Source: Synechococcus sp. (GTDB lineage Bacteria > Cyanobacteriota > Cyanobacteriia > Thermostichales > PCC-7336). From it: 41,594 nt of DNA. Below are positions 1-8,608 of this stretch, one piece after another; positions within the stretch are counted from its first letter, which is position 1, and each line of letters opens with the position of its first letter. The notes under the pieces were generated by a model. The model was not told the origin of the DNA, did not search any database, and saw only the letters and a list, made by a program, of their open reading frames with translations. Location of the stretch: contig JBFRWD010000042.1 in NCBI GenBank assembly GCA_051439425.1, positions 1 to 41,594 on the forward strand, given 5' to 3'. A program made the position numbers and the translations under genes.

Positions 1-474
1 GTTCTTGGTCTCGGGAGAAATGGCCGACTGGAATGTACCGATGTGATATTCGTAGTCATTGCGTGTATCGATAGTGATGACATCGGGGTCTTTCAATAAC
101 TGATTCCACTGCTGTGCGCCAACATGAATTCCGGTTTTGTGGGCCGGATCGAGCCCCACCACCCCCATTGTGACAATCTCCGCTTTCACCTTTACCTTCA
201 GGCGATGAAATGGAGCCGCCTCAGCGAGCGATCGCTTAGCCTTAATTCCCGTCAGCCGCTCGTCGCTATTCAAATGCTCTAGCAACAGTTGAATGCTGGT
301 TTCGGAACCAGCAACCGTTGCATTAATCCCTTCAGCCGCCAGCAAAATGGTGCCAACAATCCTCTGCTCCTCACACAACCGATGCAGGCGCTCGCGCAAT
401 TGCTTTAGATTATCTAGCCGAGCAAATTTGTAGAATGTGGCGATTGTGATGGTGTCAGAAGGAGATGCAGACAT
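1..474 (-). CDS. trhO: Rhodanese-domain tRNA U34 hydroxylase TrhO (YceA/UPF0176); 3' part runs off the window
   Basis: Not in the ORF track. Manual translation from ATG 474 gives MSASPSDTITIATFYKFARL...GTILLAAEGINATVAG...PFHRLKVKVKAEIVTMG...IDTRNDYEYHIGTF, matching UPF0176 motifs (FYKF, GTILLAxEGIN, RLKVKxKxEIVTMG, DxRNxYExxIGxF). Confidence 0.9.
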   Translation of the reverse strand, partial: MSASPSDTITIATFYKFARLDNLKQLRERLHRLCEEQRIVGTILLAAEGINATVAGSETSIQLLLEHLNSDERLTGIKAKRSLAEAAPFHRLKVKVKAEIVTMGVVGLDPAHKTGIHVGAQQWNQLLKDPDVITIDTRNDYEYHIGTFQSAISPETKN

Positions 475-609
475 TGAAAAATTGGTCGTTGAGCTGAGGA
501 AGTCGACTAGAGGAGCAGTCAAGCAAACAATATTGTCGCAGGCTATGCGGCGATCGCTGTACGAGCCAGTAACGATCTACTTCTTGAGGATAATCCAACG
601 ATGTTTCAG

Positions 610-1407
610 TTACTTAATCGCTAAAAACCCTTCAAAACAAACGTATTTCATCACTGTCGTAATATCCTCAAACCCCGCTCGCTGTAGCAAACCCAGATTA
701 CCCTGCGTAGAAAACGGCTCCAACACCCCTTTGAGGCTACGGCGTTTGGCCACAATTTCATTCCCCGAGAATCCCTGAGACAGCTTGAAATCCGTATAGA
801 TAGTCGACATCATGTCCTGGAAACGAGCATCCGGGCTGCGCACTTTTTCGAACAGGAGAAATCCACCACCCCAATTTAAAGCATCGTAGATGCGATTAAA
901 GAGCTGTTGTCGGTGCCTCGGCCGCACAAATTGCAGAGTGTAATAAGCCACGACAAGATCGCAGTTTTCAAGTTCCACATCGATCGCATCTTCACAATCA
1001 ATCTCGACTGTCGCCAAACTGTGACAGCGCTCTTTCGCCAATCGCACCATGTCAGCCTCAGCATCGATGCCCACAAACTGAACGCGCTTATCCCGGTGGC
1101 GGTTACCCAAATTAGCCAGTAATTCTCCGGTACCGCACCCCAAGTCGTAACAGACCGAGTCATTCGTCAGAAAAAAGTCCGAGATGGCAGCAACTAGTTG
1201 GTGGCCAACATCGTATAAAGGCACCGACCGACGGACGTGCTCTTCAAAATGTTCGCTGGTGCTGCCACCAAACGACCACCTAGCATTACTAGACTCAATC
1301 GAGTCACCCACCCATTCTGACTGCAGCGATCCTGATTGCGGCGCTCCCAGAGGTTGCTCCCGTTCCACGTCAACCAACTCCTTGCCGATTCTTCCTTGAG
1401 TTCGCAT
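610..1407 (-). CDS. cmoA: Carboxy-S-adenosyl-L-methionine synthase CmoA-like class I SAM-fold protein
   Basis: FEEHVRRSVPLYD, YDLGCGTG, YTLQFV, LFEKV and C-terminal EIVAKRRSLKGVL (the KR aligns with the CmoA Cx-SAM-binding Arg region). Adjacent to cmoB. Start uncertain (TTG 1446, ATG 1407 or later). Confidence 0.8.
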   Translation of the reverse strand: MRTQGRIGKELVDVEREQPLGAPQSGSLQSEWVGDSIESSNARWSFGGSTSEHFEEHVRRSVPLYDVGHQLVAAISDFFLTNDSVCYDLGCGTGELLANLGNRHRDKRVQFVGIDAEADMVRLAKERCHSLATVEIDCEDAIDVELENCDLVVAYYTLQFVRPRHRQQLFNRIYDALNWGGGFLLFEKVRSPDARFQDMMSTIYTDFKLSQGFSGNEIVAKRRSLKGVLEPFSTQGNLGLLQRAGFEDITTVMKYVCFEGFLAIK

Positions 1408-1501
1408 GTCGATTCGATAGTCTGAAGGCTGGGGCCCTTCCCTCAAATATTAAGTATTAAGGGAAAACAGTATCCAGAGTGTCCGATCGAAGATTCCATT
1501 G

Positions 1502-1556
1502 TTTCTTTGCTATGTAAGGGCTAACGCCTTCTCAGCACCCTCGACCTTACAGCGGT
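1502..1556 (+). repeat. Degenerate 3' half of intergenic repeat family B
   Basis: ttctttgc...taagg...ctc...gaccttacagcgg matches the 3' half of the copy at 22564-22669 (ttctctttgc...taaggc...ctc...gaccttacagcggattgcc). Confidence 0.5.
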
Positions 1557-1574
1557 TTACGACACGCATCCATC

Positions 1575-2549
1575 ATGCTTGGCTATTCGCAGCTTTACGA
1601 GCACCTCTTGCGCATATCCGCTAGTCGCTGGCTGGATACTTTACCTGCCGAGATAGAGGTAGCCCTCGATCCCAAACGCAATAGCAACCTGCATCAGTGG
1701 ACAGCAGCAGTGGCGAGCTTGCCCCATGCACATCCCAGCACAGTCGAGCTGGCATCAGAGGTTCGTATTGGCGCAATAGCCGACTTAGATACAGACAGTC
1801 GAGATCGCCTCCAGCGCTCTCTAAAACTATTCTGTCCCTGGCGCAAAGGCCCAGTTCACCTATTCGGCATCCATATCGATACAGAGTGGCGATCGGATTG
1901 GAAATGGGAGCGGTTGCATCCCTACATTCATCCCCTCGCCGGTCGCCGCATCTTAGATGTGGGCTGCGGCAATGGCTATTACGCCCTCCGCATGCTGGGG
2001 GCTGGAGCCGAGTTAGTGGTGGGGCTGGACCCCACCCTCCTATTTGTGATGCAATTTGCAGCCCTCCGCCACTATTTGAGCGAGCCCAATGCCTTTGTGG
2101 TGCCGCTGGGAATCGAGCGTCTCCCCGATCGCCTGCAAGCCTTCGATACCGTGTTTTCAATGGGCGTCTTGTACCATCGCCGCTCTCCTCAAGAGCATCT
2201 AATCGCATTACGAAATGCCCTCGCTCCAGGGGGAGAGTTGGTACTGGAAACATTAGTGCTCGACAATCCAGAAGACCGGATACTTATTCCGGAAAAGCGC
2301 TATGCCCAAATGCGCAATGTCTGGGCCATTCCCTCTTGCTCTCGCCTCAAAACCTGGTTAGTGGAAGCAGGTTTTGAGTCCCCCAAAATTGTGGATGTGA
2401 CCCCAACAACCGTACAAGAGCAGCGATCGACTGAATGGATGACATTTCACTCACTTGCCGATTTTCTCGACCCCACCGATCGCAACAAGACCATAGAAGG
2501 CTATCCAGGGCCGGTCAGAGCAATAGCGATTGCCCAAGCCCCCACATAA
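1575..2549 (+). CDS. cmoB: tRNA U34 carboxymethyltransferase CmoB
   Basis: PWRKGP, IDTEWRSDWKW, LDVGCGNGY, FDTVFSMGVLYHRRSP, RYAQMRNVW, EQRSTEWM and TIEGYPGP are CmoB signature motifs. Confidence 0.95.
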   Translation: MLGYSQLYEHLLRISASRWLDTLPAEIEVALDPKRNSNLHQWTAAVASLPHAHPSTVELASEVRIGAIADLDTDSRDRLQRSLKLFCPWRKGPVHLFGIHIDTEWRSDWKWERLHPYIHPLAGRRILDVGCGNGYYALRMLGAGAELVVGLDPTLLFVMQFAALRHYLSEPNAFVVPLGIERLPDRLQAFDTVFSMGVLYHRRSPQEHLIALRNALAPGGELVLETLVLDNPEDRILIPEKRYAQMRNVWAIPSCSRLKTWLVEAGFESPKIVDVTPTTVQEQRSTEWMTFHSLADFLDPTDRNKTIEGYPGPVRAIAIAQAPT

Positions 2550-2864
2550 CCCAACAAGTCCGCCCATTTTCCTGTTCGCCTTACCTCAAAAAACGTTGCC
2601 CAACACCCAATCAATCAATTGGCTAAAGATCGAGATAGGTCATCTTTGTGCTAATACTCTCTTATATTGAATGCCAGGGTGAGACCAAGACTTCTAGAGC
2701 TCTTTGCTGCCACGTCGATTCAGATTACCAGCAATAGAAGCTGGCTAGAGGAGTCAACTTGAACTCATTCCTACGCAAACTACCTATCCCCAATCAAAAA
2801 GAATTTTGAAATAGTTCTTACTAGCGACCCCGTTGATGTGATGAACGTTTCAGGAGAACTCACC

Positions 2865-3620
2865 GTGTCCATCCATAAATTTTTTGCTACATGCTGCGCT
2901 GTATCCCTAGCGTCTTTGGGCGGTTCTGCATTGCTAGCCCAAGCCTCTGAATTCGATTTCTCTACCCCCACAATCAACTCTCCAATCTCCCAGGCCCCCG
3001 CTCAACCAGCTCCAGCCCCTATCCCCCCCACCGACCCGAACGCTCCAGCTCCAGCAGCATCTCCCACCGAATCTGCAACTCCTATTGACCCTACCGCTAC
3101 CGAAACCAGCAAAAGCCAGTCTTTATTTTCCAAAGCAGAAGTAGAAGGGGAAGACTTCTTAGTTATGGCAGCCCCACGGGGGTTGACCGGAGACTACTTT
3201 CTGATGATTGTGGAGCAGCAAGCGGACGACCAGGCCTGCTGGCAAGAAAACGGTACGGCTCCAATTGAAGTCGAGCCTCTGCTGCTAACGTTCGATTACA
3301 CAGGCATTTGTAGCCGTATGGCAGATAGCAATGCCTACTCTATTCGGATGGCCGATAACGATTTAGGCCTAAACTACAGCCTGCGAGTAGTGCCTCAAGA
3401 TGGTGAGTTGTTGCTGAGGGGCTACGCCAATACCGATTTCTCTGCACCTCCCATCGAAATTGCCCGTACCTATGGCGTCAGCAATACAGGGTTCACCCGC
3501 TTTGTGCTCAATCCAGGTTGGAGACTGACGCGCCGAGTATTCGAAGAACGCCAATTAGGACATATATACTTGACCAGCGATCTACCATTGGGTGCCAGCG
3601 AAACCATTAGCCGCAACTAA
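2865..3620 (+). CDS. Exported DUF3747-domain protein with Pro/Ala-rich linker
   Basis: Signal-peptide-like N-terminus. C-terminal domain IVEQQ..QACWQE..VEPLLLTFDYTGICSRMADSNAYSIRM..DLGLNYSLR..LNPGWRLTRR..LGHIYLT is typical of cyanobacterial DUF3747. GTG 2865 follows an AGGAG RBS (ORF track start is 2838). Confidence 0.85.
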   Translation: MSIHKFFATCCAVSLASLGGSALLAQASEFDFSTPTINSPISQAPAQPAPAPIPPTDPNAPAPAASPTESATPIDPTATETSKSQSLFSKAEVEGEDFLVMAAPRGLTGDYFLMIVEQQADDQACWQENGTAPIEVEPLLLTFDYTGICSRMADSNAYSIRMADNDLGLNYSLRVVPQDGELLLRGYANTDFSAPPIEIARTYGVSNTGFTRFVLNPGWRLTRRVFEERQLGHIYLTSDLPLGASETISRN

Positions 3621-3658
3621 GCTCTCATAGCGCGTCACTCGTTAAACCTAAGGTTCTG

Positions 3659-3690
3659 GAAAAGTGCCCATCAGACGATGGGTGCTTTTC
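3659..3690 (+). terminator. Probable intrinsic terminator hairpin
   Basis: gaaaagtgcccatc-agac-gatgggtgcttttc is a 14-bp stem with two G-U pairs, 38 nt after the DUF3747 stop. Confidence 0.6.
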
Positions 3691-4050
3691 ATTAGCAATA
3701 ACGTTTTGTAGAAGAGTTGTAGAAGAGCTAAACGCGCTACGCAAAGTTCCTGAAGACCACGCCTTTTTCCGGCAAAGGCTGAAAGCCCCTCGACCCTCTC
3801 AACGAACTTATGGGGTTCGAACTGCAAGCCACCAGCAACGCATTCTCTGGAAGCGGAAGAGCCACCCACTACCACTACATTCAGAATCAACCCGTTCGGT
3901 TGGCTCGGCCAACTTAACCTCATCAAAAGCTAAAGGTATCGACACTTAAGCCAAAACGTCCCGACTTGCGAGGCACTCAGCTTCAAGCACCTGGTACTAC
4001 AAGTAGTCCAGAGTAGAATAAAGAATCTCAATAAAAGTAAGGATTTCAGA

Positions 4051-4161
4051 ATGAAAGACAAGAATTATTCTTGGAAAGGTAGTCCCAACGCTGGAGCAGT
4101 TCTGACAGTCCTATCCATCCTGGGGGCAATTGGATTTATTGCTGTAGGCTTCAGTAGTTAA
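4051..4161 (+). CDS. Putative 36-aa single-pass membrane small protein
   Basis: MKDKNYSWKGSPNAGAVLTVLSILGAIGFIAVGFSS*. AAGGA lies 7 nt before the ATG and the C-terminal stretch is hydrophobic. Below the ORF-track cutoff. Confidence 0.55.
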   Translation: MKDKNYSWKGSPNAGAVLTVLSILGAIGFIAVGFSS

Positions 4162-4192
4162 ACTGGCCTAAGCCAGACAAACATCGTTCTGC

Positions 4193-4792
4193 TTAAGCAA
4201 CTGCAACGTCAACAGGCGTTGCAGAATTCAGTTCTTGATACAGAAAGATCCCGGAAGGATATGCTCTGAGAGCAGCTTGATATGCTTGCTCCCGAGTTTT
4301 TCCCAAAAAATAGCGGTTTGATGCTGGCTCTACTGCAGCCCACCAGCCACTATACTCAGCCTGCAGTTGTAAAGGGATAGCGAGTCCTGATTTAGGAGTA
4401 CTTTCGGCTGACGATTGAGAGTCGAGTTCAGCAAACCGAGTAGCAACAGCCGCTAAGACTTCCTCTGCGTTAATGGGTTTACTGAGGTAGTTGTCAGCCC
4501 CAAGAGTGATACCTTCCAGCACATCCTTGCGGGCAGTCTTGCTGGTAAGGAACATTAAGGGAATCGACGCAGTTGACGGACTGTCCTGCAATACCTGCAG
4601 AAGCTCGTATCCAGACATCGAAGGCATCACAACATCGCAGATGACCAATTCTGGGAGCAAATCCTCGATTTGCTTCAGTCCTTCAACTGGATCGTTGAAG
4701 CCAATGGCTTCGTATCCTTTAGACTGCAGCAATTTCACAATCAGGGTTGCGATCGCCGCATCGTCATCAATCACCACAATAGTTTTTGTCAT
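4193..4792 (-). CDS. Response regulator (REC) with small C-terminal DUF5678-like domain
   Basis: VIDDD, ICDVVMP (phosphoacceptor), FLTS and YLSKP. The tail YSGWWAAVEPASNRYFLGKTREQAYQAALRAYP resembles DUF5678-type small domains. Confidence 0.85.
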   Translation of the reverse strand: MTKTIVVIDDDAAIATLIVKLLQSKGYEAIGFNDPVEGLKQIEDLLPELVICDVVMPSMSGYELLQVLQDSPSTASIPLMFLTSKTARKDVLEGITLGADNYLSKPINAEEVLAAVATRFAELDSQSSAESTPKSGLAIPLQLQAEYSGWWAAVEPASNRYFLGKTREQAYQAALRAYPSGIFLYQELNSATPVDVAVA

Positions 4793-4973
4793 CGCAAATG
4801 CCTAACCAGCAGATAGCTGACAAAAATGTTACACAGAAACACAGTGTTAACGATCAGTGTTTCTCACATTGGCACTTGATTGTCGAACCAACTCAGGTCG
4901 AGGCGGGCCTGAGAATCCTTGCTCACAAAGGATTTGAGCATGTATCGTCACTTTCAAATCAAATACACACCCG

Positions 4974-6650
4974 CTAAGTGTATGGCAGTAGCGATCGCTC
5001 TGACTGAGACAGACCGGCTCTAGATAGCGTTAACTGCAAGCGTTCTCGATACTCCAACCACTGCTGAAAGACCTCAGGGCGGTTGGAGGCTTTTCGTTGC
5101 AGTAAGACAGCACCGTCGGCATACGCCACCACACCATAAATTCCCCGTTCCAGCATGTTGTCTATCAAGTTGGTAATGGTCGAAAGTTGCTGGCGCTCGT
5201 ATGAGAACGCAACCTGATACTGTTCCAACTGCCATAAGTCAGCCAGAAGGTAGTCTGCGCGCACCACGTCTCCCTCATCGTTCTGAACTCGCGTAGCGGG
5301 AAGACGAACAATCTCTCGTCGGCTGGAGAGATGGGGAACCAGATGGGAGGTGGCAGCAACGAAGCGATCGCGCGGAACCTCCCTTAGCAGCGGGCGAATG
5401 GCAGCAGCGTGCTTCCATTGGGGGCCGATAGTGGCATGAACACGGGGCTCGAAAGAGTCAGGAATCAGAAATGAAAATGTGCGATGGGGATTGGGAGTGA
5501 GGGTGAATAGCAAAGAGAGAACGATGCAGAAGGTCCAAAAGCGGCGAAAGCCTGCTCGAAATCCATTTGGATGCTGAGTCCACCACAGCATCGTTCCGTA
5601 AAACAGTCCCGGAACGATAGCCAATGCATAGCGGGTGGTAATGGACAGCACGGTTTGGCCTTGGGCAACCAAGAGGAGTAGCAAAGGGAAGCCCGAAGCC
5701 AACCAAGCTGAGGGAGAAATAACGCAAACAAACGCGAGCGGCAGCCACTGACCCAGGAGATAGGCTAGGGTGCGATCGAACGGCTGCACGATTTCAAGAG
5801 CGACCAACCAGGGACGCTGCAGCATGGCCACAATCAGATCGAGGGTGGATGCAGAATCACCGTCTACGTACTGGCCAAAGCGTTCGATCGCGAATCGCTG
5901 CGACACATCCTCCGAGAACATCGGCATCATCACGTTGGTCACCAGCAAGATATAGGCCACGCTGTATATGCACAGACCAACGCCCAATCGTGGTGCTTTG
6001 CGGCTGAGCACGAGAAATACGCCCAAACTAAACAGAATCACCCCAGAATCTTCACGAGCCATCGGAATCAGAATGGCCAAAGGAGCATAGAGCCACCACC
6101 AACGCTTGTGCAGGGCATACAACATGCCGAACACAAACAACGGTAGCTGGCTAAAATCATGAAAATTTTGCAGCGTGGGGCCGATGACGGCAGTGGCGCA
6201 ATAGAAGCTGATGGTTAGGGTTGCGGCCAATGCAGGGGCTAGACCATGTTCGCGCGCCAGCACAAACAACACAAGGCCAGCGGCAGTGACCAAAACCACC
6301 TGGAGGATGCTGAGGGTGATGACGTTGGGGTAGAGAGCATAGATGGGCAGCCACAAGAGAAGTGCCGGAGTAAAATGCTGTCCCAAGCGGTGATAACCCA
6401 CTTTTGGAATTTGGTCATCGAGGGTGACTGAGGCTGACAGTGTTGAGGATAAAGAGCTTTGGAAAAAGCGACCGTGTAGACCATTCCAAAACACTTGGTT
6501 AAAAATGCCTTGGTCAAAACTTGCTTCCGATGCATAGAAGTTGAGATAGCGATGTAAAGCCAAACCACAGACGATCGCGAAGAAACAGAGGGCAGAAATT
6601 GCCACTGTCTTGGAGCCCGGTCGTTTCTCGAAAAATCCCGCCAATCCCAT
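4974..6650 (-). CDS. DUF2079-family polytopic membrane protein
   Basis: FDQGIFNQVFWN..GRFFQSSLSS..HRLGQHFTPALLLWLPIY, NFHD, REDSG and many TM segments. ATG 6650 is preferred over 6794 because the longer ORF overlaps the divergent gene. Confidence 0.85.
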   Translation of the reverse strand: MGLAGFFEKRPGSKTVAISALCFFAIVCGLALHRYLNFYASEASFDQGIFNQVFWNGLHGRFFQSSLSSTLSASVTLDDQIPKVGYHRLGQHFTPALLLWLPIYALYPNVITLSILQVVLVTAAGLVLFVLAREHGLAPALAATLTISFYCATAVIGPTLQNFHDFSQLPLFVFGMLYALHKRWWWLYAPLAILIPMAREDSGVILFSLGVFLVLSRKAPRLGVGLCIYSVAYILLVTNVMMPMFSEDVSQRFAIERFGQYVDGDSASTLDLIVAMLQRPWLVALEIVQPFDRTLAYLLGQWLPLAFVCVISPSAWLASGFPLLLLLVAQGQTVLSITTRYALAIVPGLFYGTMLWWTQHPNGFRAGFRRFWTFCIVLSLLFTLTPNPHRTFSFLIPDSFEPRVHATIGPQWKHAAAIRPLLREVPRDRFVAATSHLVPHLSSRREIVRLPATRVQNDEGDVVRADYLLADLWQLEQYQVAFSYERQQLSTITNLIDNMLERGIYGVVAYADGAVLLQRKASNRPEVFQQWLEYRERLQLTLSRAGLSQSERSLLPYT

Positions 6651-6711
6651 TCGTTCTGCCTGCAGTCGTCCCCATAATGGTAGAACTCGGGGGTTGCGAG
6701 GTGTGCGAGTC

Positions 6712-8043
6712 ATGATGAAACGAACAGTGGCGATCGTCGGGGCAGGGTTAGCAGGGTTAACCTGTGCCAAAGTGCTGCAAGAGAACGGCTGCAACGATTT
6801 TGTAGTGTTGGAGAAAAGCGATCGCCCCGGTGGAAGAGTCCGAACTGATACATTCCAAACAAATACTGAGCAGAGATTTATGCTCGATCGCGGCTTTCAA
6901 GTCTTGTTTTCAGCTTATCCCTCTGTAAAGCGACATCTCAATTTAGAAGCTCTGGACGTTTGCAAATATGACCCCGGAGCCGTATTGGTACAAGGGGAAA
7001 AACACTATCCCATCGGCGATCCCTTACGTGCTCCAAGAACGCTCCTGCCATCCCTCTCCAATCCACTACTGACCTTGCTGGACAAGGCTCGCGTGCTGGC
7101 ATTGCGGGCCAAGCTGTGGAGGATGTCCATCGAACAGATTTGGGCACAGCCGGATATGCCCACTATCGACTTTTTGAACCGCTGGGGATTTTCCAAGCGC
7201 ACCATCAAGACCTTTTTCTTTCCGTTCTACGGCGGAATTTTCCTCGATCCTGACTTGAAGACCAGCGCTCGATTGTTCCAGTTCTATTTCAAGATGCTGT
7301 CAGAAGGAGCGATCCTCACTCCCAAGCACGGGATGGGGGCGGTCTCCGAGCAATTAGCCAGTCACCTGTCGTCGCAACAACTGCGGTGCGATGCGCCGGT
7401 CTCGCGTATTCAGGTAGATCGAAACCAAGCAACGGGAGTTGACATGGCAGACGGAACCGATGTGTCGGCTGATTGGGTGGTTTGTGCCACAGAGTCTCCC
7501 GCGATTGCCAAACTGTTGCCTCAATTCAAATCCCCAAAAGGAAGCGCCCTACCAACGAAGCCACGTTCCGTCACCTGCCTCTATTTCAGCACCCCCATCT
7601 CGGCCCATCCAGAAGCCGCTATCCACCTCAATAGTGCGTTATCGGAGGCAAGTACTATCAACAATTGCATCCAACTCAGCAACGTCAGTTCTGTGCTCGC
7701 CCCGCCCAGTCAGAATCTGCTTTCAGTCACCGTCCTGGGTAATCCAGCCATATCCACTCAGGAACTGGCGGACCAATGCCACCGCGAGCTATTGGAGTGG
7801 TTCCCCCATTTGGATGGAGATAGCCTGACCTTCCTGAAGGAATACCGCATTCCCTTTGCCCAATTCGACCAACCCCCTGGCATTCACGATCGCCTACCTA
7901 CAGGGGAGGGGACGATCGATGGCTTAATTCTGGCTGGCGAATACACCCAGCAGAGCAGCATAGAAGGCTCGATGCACAGTGGTGAACTCGCGGCCCAAGC
8001 CATTCTTAAACGGCTCCGGAACAAACAGGTGAACGTCAAGTGA
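6712..8043 (+). CDS. FAD-dependent oxidoreductase (amine oxidase / protoporphyrinogen oxidase-like family)
   Basis: Rossmann motif VAIVGAGLAGL..VLEKSDRPGGRVRTD, LDRGFQV and C-terminal LAGEYTQQSSIEGSMHSGELAA. Start ATG 6712 or 6715. Confidence 0.85.
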   Translation: MMKRTVAIVGAGLAGLTCAKVLQENGCNDFVVLEKSDRPGGRVRTDTFQTNTEQRFMLDRGFQVLFSAYPSVKRHLNLEALDVCKYDPGAVLVQGEKHYPIGDPLRAPRTLLPSLSNPLLTLLDKARVLALRAKLWRMSIEQIWAQPDMPTIDFLNRWGFSKRTIKTFFFPFYGGIFLDPDLKTSARLFQFYFKMLSEGAILTPKHGMGAVSEQLASHLSSQQLRCDAPVSRIQVDRNQATGVDMADGTDVSADWVVCATESPAIAKLLPQFKSPKGSALPTKPRSVTCLYFSTPISAHPEAAIHLNSALSEASTINNCIQLSNVSSVLAPPSQNLLSVTVLGNPAISTQELADQCHRELLEWFPHLDGDSLTFLKEYRIPFAQFDQPPGIHDRLPTGEGTIDGLILAGEYTQQSSIEGSMHSGELAAQAILKRLRNKQVNVK

Positions 8044-8183
8044 ATACCCAGATAGTCGACCTGCGATCGATCTAGGGTCGGGGCATATGAACTCGGGGCA
8101 AGCGTGCCTCGCGAATTTTCCAAGCAGCGTTAGGATAAATGGGGCTACAGCAAGCCTTTCCCACGATCTCGAACGGTTCCCAT

Positions 8184-8582
8184 ATGTCCGCTAAAATCCA
8201 AAAGTCCGACGCCGAATGGCGCGAGCAATTAACCCCCGAGCAATTTAAAGTGACTCGGAAGAAGGGTACCGAGCGAGCATTTACGGGTCAATACTGGGAC
8301 AACAAAGCCACAGGCACCTACAACTGTATCTGTTGTGGTGCCAAACTATTTTCGTCCGACACGAAATTTGATTCCGGTACCGGCTGGCCCAGCTTCTGGG
8401 AAGCAGCAGACAAAAAGAACGTCAAGCTAGAAGAAGACAACAGCTTGTTTATGCGCCGGACTGAAGTGTTGTGCGCCCAGTGCGATGCCCATCTCGGCCA
8501 CGTCTTTCCTGACGGCCCTCGTCCCACCGGTTTGCGCTATTGCATGAACTCAGCGTCGTTAAACTTTGTGGCGGAAGACTAA
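8184..8582 (+). CDS. msrB: Peptide-methionine (R)-S-oxide reductase MsrB
   Basis: [35 protein letters not shown] and two Zn-binding CxxC motifs. Confidence 0.97.
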   Translation: MSAKIQKSDAEWREQLTPEQFKVTRKKGTERAFTGQYWDNKATGTYNCICCGAKLFSSDTKFDSGTGWPSFWEAADKKNVKLEEDNSLFMRRTEVLCAQCDAHLGHVFPDGPRPTGLRYCMNSASLNFVAED

Positions 8583-8608
8583 TGGACGGCTGATGACAAT
8601 AGCTTGAA

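Noticed and set aside
437..778. 113-aa plus-strand ORF
   Set aside because: Antisense to the trhO start and cmoA end, with no motif; a shadow ORF.
610..2549. No perfect HIP1 inside cmoA/cmoB as evidence of foreign origin
   Set aside because: Only about one copy is expected in 1.9 kb at the window's density, so the absence is not significant.
3810..3826. GGGGTTCGAA resembling a tRNA T-loop
   Set aside because: No complementary T-stem, acceptor stem or cloverleaf around it.
3648..3926. 92-aa minus-strand ORF and short plus-strand ORFs (e.g. MGFELQ...ATHYHY)
   Set aside because: No recognisable family or clear RBS. The ATHYH resemblance to cell-wall hydrolases is too short to support.
6651..6794. 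Apparent 5' overlap of the DUF2079 and oxidoreductase ORFs
   Set aside because: Disappears with ATG 6650 and ATG 6712; an artefact of longest-ORF calling.
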